The notes beneath the pieces were generated by a model that saw only the letters and a program-made list of their open reading frames with translations, was not told the DNA's origin and searched no databases. Below are positions 19,525 to 27,800 of a stretch of 64,000 bases of DNA, piece after piece. How positions within the stretch are numbered: the first letter of the stretch is position 1; each line of letters begins with the position of its first letter. Source of the DNA: an uncultured Acidimicrobiaceae bacterium (GTDB taxonomy: Bacteria; Actinomycetota; Acidimicrobiia; Spongiisociales; UBA5794); the NCBI GenBank assembly GCA_964632475.1, contig CAZWDQ010000001.1:3842-67841 (forward strand). Direction: 5' to 3'. Position numbers and translations under genes: made by a program.

Positions 19525-20681
19525 GATCGCTCCGCGTTGAAACGAACGTAGTCGGGAGTGAGATCGGTCGTAAACACACGGGCCGTTCCCGGACCGTTTC
19601 CCACGCTGATCGTCACGCCGAAGTCTCCGACCATATCAGCGCTGACAGCGTCTTCGTCCACCGTCACTCCGACGCCCCCTCGAGCGACGGTTGTGCCGGC
19701 AAAGGCGATGGTGACATCATCGAAATCGACCTCCTCGTCCACCTCGCCGAGAGCGCCAACGATCCTCCCCCAGTTCGGATCGGCCCCGTAGAAAGACGAT
19801 CGAACAAGAACTGAGTCCGCGACCTGCCGTCCGATGTTGCGTGCGGCCGCGTCATCGACGGCGCCGGTGACTGCGATCGTGACGACTCGAGACGCCCCTT
19901 CAGCATCTGCAGCGATGTGGCGGGCCAGTTGGACGGTCGCACCCGTCAGCGCTGCAGCGAGATCCTCGGGCTCTGGGGTGTACCCGGAGGCTCCCGACGC
20001 CAGCGCAATGACCGTGTCGTTCGTCGATGGGCAGCCATCCACGTTGAGGGCGTGGAATGAGTGGTCCACAGCGATCCGGAGTGCTTCGTCGAGGACCCCT
20101 GGCGTCACGACTGCATCGGTAGTGAGGACAACGAGCATGGTGGCCATGTCGGGACGGATCATGCCCGCACCTTTTGCCATCCCTCCGACGGTGAACCCTT
20201 CGGCCTTGACGACGACCTGTTTGGGTTCGGTGTCTGTGGTCATGATGGCCCACGCAGCAGCGGTGCCATCGGTGTCGGCGTCGCCGAGGCCCCTTATGGC
20301 ATCCGCCACGCCGGCGGTCACGGCCTCAGGGGCAAGATGAGTCCCGATCATGCCGGTCGAGCAAACGAGGATGTCCTCTGGTGCACATCCCAGGAGTTCG
20401 GCCGTGCGATTGGCCGTCAACTCCGCCACCGCACGTCCCCGTTTCCCCGTCGCTGCATTCGCGCATCCCGAGTTCAGGACGACCGCTCGCGCTGTCGGAG
20501 CGACTTCGAGATGCTTGCGGGAGAGCCTCACGGGTGCGGCTGCCGCCATGTTGGTTGTGAACACCGCGGCGGCCCCGACGGGAACCTGGGCGGAGACGAT
20601 CGCGAGATCGAGTTCTCCTCCGCTCTTGATACCGGCGGAGACACCGGCAGCCTCGAAACCTTCTGGTGCGACGACGCTCAT
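19521..20681 (-). CDS. argJ: bifunctional glutamate N-acetyltransferase / amino-acid acetyltransferase
   Basis: It has the ArgJ autocleavage region ATML and conserved blocks. The ATG overlaps the argC stop (ATGA). Confidence 0.9.
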   Translation of the reverse strand: MSVVAPEGFEAAGVSAGIKSGGELDLAIVSAQVPVGAAAVFTTNMAAAAPVRLSRKHLEVAPTARAVVLNSGCANAATGKRGRAVAELTANRTAELLGCAPEDILVCSTGMIGTHLAPEAVTAGVADAIRGLGDADTDGTAAAWAIMTTDTEPKQVVVKAEGFTVGGMAKGAGMIRPDMATMLVVLTTDAVVTPGVLDEALRIAVDHSFHALNVDGCPSTNDTVIALASGASGYTPEPEDLAAALTGATVQLARHIAADAEGASRVVTIAVTGAVDDAAARNIGRQVADSVLVRSSFYGADPNWGRIVGALGEVDEEVDFDDVTIAFAGTTVARGGVGVTVDEDAVSADMVGDFGVTISVGNGPGTARVFTTDLTPDYVRFNAERS

Positions 20682-21709
20682 GGCATCCATCCTTCCATCG
20701 GAAGTCCTGCGGTCTCATCGATACCCAGCATCAGGTTCGCTGCCTGCACGGCCTGCCCCGCCGCACCCTTCACGAGGTTATCGATCGCACAGATGAGGAC
20801 TGCCGTGCCGGTGCGTTCGTCAAGGTGTGCGGAGATCAACGCACGGTTGGAGCCCGTGACCCATCGAGTCTCCGGGGAACCAGAGACGAGGGAGACGAAC
20901 GGTTCGTCCCTGAAGGCGCTCTCGAGCGCTGCGACCAGATCCTTGTGAGTCGTACCGGCTGTTGTCGATGCGTAGATTGTGGTGAGGATGCCTCGTTGCA
21001 TCGGCACCAGGTGCGGGGTGAAGATGAGTTGGACCGGGTCAGGAGACGCGAGATCGAGCGCTCTCTCCATCTCGGGTTGGTGCCGATGGGTGAGGACTTT
21101 GTAGGCCTTCACCGACTCGTCGACAGCACCGAACTGGAGTCCAGCCGCCACTCCCCGACCGGCACCCGAGGCCCCCGACATCGAGTCGATGATGATCCCG
21201 GTCGGCTCGACAAGACCTGCGCTGAGAAGCGGGCCGAGGGGGAGAATTGCAGACGTCGGGTAGCACCCCGGCGACGCGATGCGGTCCGTACTGGAGATCT
21301 CGGCGCGGTGGAACTCTGGGAGTCCGTAGACCCATTCACCGAGTTCATCGGGGTACGGATGATCGACGCCGTATGCATCGAGGTACCGCTGCGGCGTGTC
21401 GAGGCGAAAGTCACTGCCGAGGTCGACAACGGGAATCCCCCGGCCGAGCAGTGTCATCGCCGGTTCGGACGATGCTCCGTGAGGAAGAGCGAGGAACGCA
21501 AGATCGACGTCTGGAACCTTCCCTGGATCGTTCGCTCCCAGAACTCGTTCTCCGCCTCGGAGATGCGGATGAACGGATCCGAGGGCGCTACCGGCGGTCG
21601 AGTGAGCCCCGAGATACGCGACCTCGAGGTCGGGGTGACCGTCTACGAGACGGATCAGCTCGCCTCCGGCGTAACCGGACGATCCAAGGATGGCAACGGA
21701 GTAGCTCAT
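20678..21709 (-). CDS. argC: N-acetyl-gamma-glutamyl-phosphate reductase
   Basis: The N-terminus is VAILGSSGYAGGEL and the active-site Cys lies in SPGCYPT. Confidence 0.9.
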   Translation of the reverse strand: MSYSVAILGSSGYAGGELIRLVDGHPDLEVAYLGAHSTAGSALGSVHPHLRGGERVLGANDPGKVPDVDLAFLALPHGASSEPAMTLLGRGIPVVDLGSDFRLDTPQRYLDAYGVDHPYPDELGEWVYGLPEFHRAEISSTDRIASPGCYPTSAILPLGPLLSAGLVEPTGIIIDSMSGASGAGRGVAAGLQFGAVDESVKAYKVLTHRHQPEMERALDLASPDPVQLIFTPHLVPMQRGILTTIYASTTAGTTHKDLVAALESAFRDEPFVSLVSGSPETRWVTGSNRALISAHLDERTGTAVLICAIDNLVKGAAGQAVQAANLMLGIDETAGLPMEGWMP

Positions 21710-21736
21710 GCGTCAGGGCCTCGATAGGAGCCGGAA

Positions 21737-21765
21737 ATATACGCATATGCATCCCCTAATGCAAG
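21737..21765. promoter_or_regulatory. AT-rich ATGCAT-containing element (ATATACGCATATGCATcccctAATGCAAG) upstream of argC; candidate ArgR operator (ARG box)
   Basis: It is an AT-rich island in GC-rich DNA immediately 5' of the arg operon. The TGCAT half-sites resemble actinobacterial ARG boxes. Confidence 0.35.
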
Positions 21766-21785
21766 ATTGTTCTTGGGCGACGCGG

Positions 21786-21818
21786 CCGGGAGTCGTCTCG
21801 CACCCCTCGACTCCGGGG
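21786..21818 (-). terminator. GC-rich hairpin downstream of the adhesin gene (ccgggagtcg-12 nt loop-cgactccgggg)
   Basis: It is a 7-10 bp stem located 20 nt after the adhesin stop. There is no clear U-tract. Confidence 0.4.
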
Positions 21819-21837
21819 CGAGTTCAGACCCGGAAGA

Positions 21838-24800
21838 TCAGGCCTTCTCTCGCCGACGCCCTCCGAACATGCGCATGAGGCTCCCTCCGGCCAGGAGGAG
21901 AAGCCCGAGCATCGAGAACCGCGCGAGATCCGCCCCGGTAACGGGGAGGCCCTGCTCCTGGAAGCCGAAGTTGACATCGAGGACGTTCACTCCTTCAGCG
22001 ATCACCTGCGTTGTCACAAGGTCGAGATTCCCGGTCTTGGAGTATGTCTGTACGAGACCGGTTGGAATGGTGCTCTCGTCGAGTCGCACGGTGTACGTTC
22101 CGGGAATGAGGTCCTCGAACAAGTACGACCCGCCGAACATCGTCACCGTTCGAGCGACCATTTCACCGGATTGGTCGAAGAGCTCGACAATGACGCTGTC
22201 GATTCCCTGCTCACCAGGGTCCACGATCCCGTCACCGTCAACGTCAATCCACACAGTGCTGCCAAGCGACGCGGCTCCGACGACGCCGTGGTCGACTGTC
22301 TCGTGTCCCAACGGAGGCAAGGTCACTACGACCGTCTCCGGTGTCGTTGCCACGTAGCTCGCCGGTGCTGTCGTCATATCGATGACGGCCGAGTAGTCCC
22401 CTGCCGGCAGGCTCTCGAGGGACCACGAACCGGCGGAATCGGTCACGACGTCGAACGTCACCTGGCCGTCCGGACCGTCCCACGTCACCACAACGGTCAC
22501 ATTCGGAACACCTTCTTCACCGGGATCAACGACGCCGTCACCATTGCGATCGTGCCAAACCGTCCCCGACAGAGATGCCGACCCGACGATGCCGTAGTCG
22601 ACGTCCAGGCGGTCCTCCGACGTGCCCAGCGTGAGGTCCGTGAACGCGGGGTCATCGCCGTCGAGGTCGCTATTCGCCACGCCTCCTTCCGGCAGAGAGG
22701 AGGTGTCCATGCTGACGGCATAGGCACCACCGACGAGGCCGATCGCCGCGTAGTTCCCGTCGGCGTCGGTCGTCGTCGCAATCGTCACGTCGTCTCCACT
22801 CGGGACACCGTCGGCGCCAAGCCACGTCACAGTGACGTCGACATCCGCTACCCCGGGCTCACCCGGAGTCTGGCTCCCGTCGGCGTCGATGTCGAACCAC
22901 ACAGTGTCGCCCACTGACGACGAACCGCGGTAGCCGAAGTCCTGGTCGAGTTCGCTAGATCCTGCCGTCAAGACCACCCGCGATGAGCTGTCGAATGCCG
23001 CGTCCGGATCGGCGGTTTGGGCGACATCCAGCGGAAGGTCGGCGGTGTCGACGTCTACGCGATAGAGGCCGCCGGGAAGGTCCTCAGCTAGGTACATGCC
23101 GTCCTCGTCGGTCGTGACGGTCGTGACATAGTCGTCGGTCGTCCCCAAAACCCCGTCGACACCAGCCCAGGTGACGGCCACGTCGACGTTCGGGAAGCCA
23201 GGCTCGTTCGTATCTTGGGTCCCATCACCATCGAGGTCCCAGAAGATTGCGTCGCCGATGCTTCCGGTTCCGTTGTAACCGAAATCTGCGGTGTTGTGGT
23301 TGGTGCCGCCTGCGAGGCCGGCCACGGTTGCCGTCTGGTCGGGTGCCGTCGTTCCGCTGTCCTCGTCGAACGTGGGTGCCATGCCAACCGGCACGCCACC
23401 GGTCACATCCACCCGATAGTCCCCGTCGGGCAGACCCGGGAAGCTGTAGAAGCCGGCACTATCGGTCGTCATCGGCCCCAACACGACGTCATCAGTCGTG
23501 CCGAACACACCGTCAACACCAGCCCACGTCAACGTCAAATCGACACCAGACAACGCAGGCTCGGCAACATCCTGTACACCGTCACCATCAGCGTCGAACC
23601 AGACATAATCACCAATCGAGTTGTCACCGAGATACCCGAAATCGAGATCCAGGTTCGCAACACCACCCGCTAGCGTCACCTCAGCCGTCGAATCGCCACC
23701 ACCATCGAAGTCGTGCGTGTTCGCAGCCGACGACGGCAACGAACCCTGCACGGTCACCCGATACAGGCCATCGGGCAGATTGTCGACGAGATAGCCGCCC
23801 GCAGCGTCGGTCGCCGCCGTATACGTCACGTCATCTGCCGTGTCCAATACACCGTCGGCACCGGCCCACACGACCTCGACGTCGACACCGGGAATCCCGG
23901 GCTCACCCGAATCCTGGACACCATCACCATCCAGATCCCACCACACGAAATCGCCGATCGAACCAGAACCTCCATAGCCGAAGTCAGCCGTCAGGTGACT
24001 CTCACCAGCACCCAACACCACATCGGTATGTCCATCGAGGTCGAGATCCTCGTCAAACGTGTTGTCCATCCCGGCAGGCAACGTCGAAGCGTCCACCTGC
24101 ACCGAATAGTTACCACTGTTCAACCCGCCAAACAGATACAAACCATCCGCATCCGTCGTCTCAGTGAACACCACATCGTCAGGCGTCCCCAACACACCAT
24201 CAGGACCAGGCCACGTCAACCACACGTCAACACCGGCAATCCCCGGCTCACCCGCATCCCGGACACCATCACGATCCTGATCGAACCACACCAGATCACC
24301 AACCAACCCATCACCGTTGTAACCGAAATCTGCGGTGTTGTGGTTGGTGCCGCCTGCGAGGCCGGCCACGGTTGCCGTCTGGTCGGGTGCCGTCGTTCCG
24401 CTGTCCTCGTCGAACGTGGGTGCCATGCCAACCGGCACGCCACCGGTCACATCCACCCGATAGTCCCCGTCGGGCAGACCCGGGAAGCTGTAGAAGCCGG
24501 CACTATCGGTCGTCATCGGCCCCAACACGACGTCATCAGTCGTGCCGAACACACCGTCAACACCAGCCCACGTCAACGTCAAATCGACACCAGACAACGC
24601 AGGCTCGGCAACATCCTGTACACCGTCACCATCAGCGTCGAACCAGACATAATCACCAATCGAGTTGTCACCGAGATACCCGAAATCGAGATCCAGGTTC
24701 GCAACACCACCCGCTAGCGTCACCTCAGCCGTCGAATCGCCACCACCATCGAAGTCGTGCGTGTTCGCAGCCGACGACGGCAACGAACCCTGCACGGTCA

Positions 24801-27800
24801 CCCGATACAGGCCATCGGGCAGATTGTCGACGAGATAGCCGCCCGCAGCGTCGGTCGCCGCCGTATACGTCACGTCATCTGCCGTGTCCAATACACCGTC
24901 GGCACCGGCCCACACGACCTCGACGTCGACACCGGGAATCCCGGGCTCACCCGAATCCTGGACACCATCACCATCCAGATCCCACCACACGAAATCGCCG
25001 ATCGAACCAGAACCTCCATAGCCGAAGTCAGCCGTCAGGTGACTCTCACCAGCACCCAACACCACATCGGTATGTCCATCGAGGTCGAGATCCTCGTCAA
25101 ACGTGTTGTCCATCCCGGCAGGCAACGTCGAAGCGTCCACCTGCACCGAATAGTTACCACTGTTCAACCCGCCAAACAGATACAAACCATCCGCATCCGT
25201 CGTCTCAGTGAACACCACATCGTCAGGCGTCCCCAACACACCATCAGGACCAGGCCACGTCAACCACACGTCAACACCGGCAATCCCCGGCTCACCCGCA
25301 TCCCGGACACCATCACGATCCTGATCGAACCACACCAGATCACCAACCAACCCATCACCGTTGTAACCGAAATCGACATCGCGTTTGGCTTCGGCCGCCA
25401 CAAGAGCGCCGGTCCATGAGCCGTCGGGCGCGGAGAGCCCGTCGTCGAGGTCGTACGTCGGGTTCACGTTGGCGAGGGGCATGTCGGTCACTGCGACGGT
25501 GTAGGCACCGGCCGCGAGGAGGTCGACGAGGTACGAGCCGTCTGCCGCCGTCGTCGTCACATAGACGATGTCGTCCGCGTTGCCGGCCACACCGTCGAAG
25601 CCGGCGAAGGTCACCGTCACCTCGGTTATGCCAATCCCCGGCTCGTCAGGATCTTGGACACCGTCCGCGTTGCGGTCGAGCCAGACCAGGTCACCGATGC
25701 TGCCGGTTCCCGTGTAGCCGAAGTCGACGTCGCGTTTGGCTTCACCCTCGGGGAGAACACCGCTCCATTGACCGTCCGGCGAGACTGTGGTGCCGTCGAG
25801 ATCGTAGGCCGGCGTCACGCCGGAGGGGAGACCAGTGACGACCACTGTGTAGCTGCCGCCGGGCAGGTCCTCGACGAGGTAGAGACCATCGCCGTCGGTG
25901 GTGGTGACGTGAACTTCGTCGTCTCCGCCGCCTGCGGCACCGTCGAGACCGAGGTAGGTCACGGTGACGGTGGCGTTCGGGATCGGCTGTTCGCCTGCAT
26001 CTTGGACACCGTCGTTGTTGGCATCGAACCAGACGTAGTCACCGATCGAGGCGAGGTCGAGTTCGATCAAGGCGGTGGCTTCGTTGCCCTCGTACTCGCG
26101 GTGTCCGTCGCCCGTCAAATGCGCCGCCACGCCCCAGTAGGACGGGTTGTCCGCCGTGTTCGTGATCTCGGGACCAGAGTCGTTCTCGTCGGCCTCGGTG
26201 GCGTCCCACACCTGGACGGTGTAGGAGATCGTCACGGACTGCCCGGCCGGGATCGGACCATCGATGCTCCATTCGAGGGTTCCGTCGGCCGGATCGTCAT
26301 CCTCGACGATGTAGGCGATGCCGTTGTCGACACCGTTGAGGATGCTCACGGCCGAGACGGTGTTCCCGCTCGGTATCGTGATCGTGTCGGTGACCTGGGC
26401 ATCGTATGCGCTCCACGTCCCGCTGTTGGTGAGGGCTATCTCGTAGGTGAGTTGCTCATTCGGGAGCGCTCGCCTGCTGTCAACGGGGGTTCCCCCTTCG
26501 AGGACATGCTTAGTGAGCACCAGGTTCGGCTCACGCACAACGACGTTGGTGGTCGCCGGTGTTCCAGATACGTCGTAGTTGGGCGCGTCGGGCACCACGG
26601 TGACGCCGCCGAGTTTGTTGGTCTGGTTGGCGTAGACGTTCACGGCATTGGTGAGCGTCGCACCATCGGCCGCGACCGTAACATCGTCAACGAACGCGTC
26701 GTACACGATGGTGACTACCCGCGGCACCGAGCTTGTCGTATCGAGGTCGCCGAGGAACCAGCCGATATCGGCGCCGTTCGGCATCAGTTCGACGGGGACG
26801 AGATCGGGGAAGCATGGGGTTCCGCTACCAGCCGACCCTGCATCACACCGGGTCGAGACGGTGTACCCCGGTGAGGTGACCGCGATGCCCGAAGGAAGCA
26901 TGTCGATGATCGTTACGTCATATTGAACGGTGCCGGCCGGCAGGATCACTTCGACGGTGTACTGCACTGGTTCTCCGACCGTCTGCTCTCCGGGGGTGAC
27001 GGCCTTGGTGATCGACGACTGTGGAGCGATCAGCGTGTCCTGGTCGTTTGCCTGGTAGCCGGATCCGGTTCCGCCGTTCGGCGACGTGGCGTCCCGCTCA
27101 CCTGGTTCCGGTCCTGTCATCGACGACCCTGTCACACGCGCCGCGTTCGTGAACGTGTCATCTGTGACGATGGGGTCGGGGAATGCCGCGTCGTAGGACA
27201 GAGTGAATGTCCCTGCCCGGTCGAGGACGACGAGTTCCGCATCGCTCGCCCCCGTCCACGTGATGACGTCGGGGTTCGTGTCGGCACAGGCGCCACCGTG
27301 GGAGATGTTCGAGATGTCTCCGCATTCGAGACCCGGGGGCAGCGTATCTGTGACGACGAGATCATGAGCCCGTGAGACGTACCTGATGCTGTTGTCGTTT
27401 GCCACAACGAGGATGTACTCAACGGTTTGACCGGGAGTGACCACGCCGTCGACGTCATCGTCGCTCTTTGAGATGGTGAGGTTCGGTTCGACGATGCGCG
27501 TGCCGACCGTGCTGAACCGTGTGGTTCGGCTGTCCGTGCTGTCGTACCACTCTTGCATCGCTCGGTTGGTGCGCCACATGCTGCGCACGTTGGACGGGAC
27601 GTCGAGAATCGTCACCGAGAAGGTGAGGACGAGTAGATCGTCCCCACTGTCCGGGAGGTTCACGTAGGTCGCCGGGAAGGAGACCGTGATCTGATCGCCC
27701 GTGTCGTCGAGAATCCACCCCGCGGGTAGCGGACCTGCTGGTAGCGCACCGTCCTTGAGCGTCGCCGCCGCACTGCCGGCGACGTACCCGAGCGTGTTCT

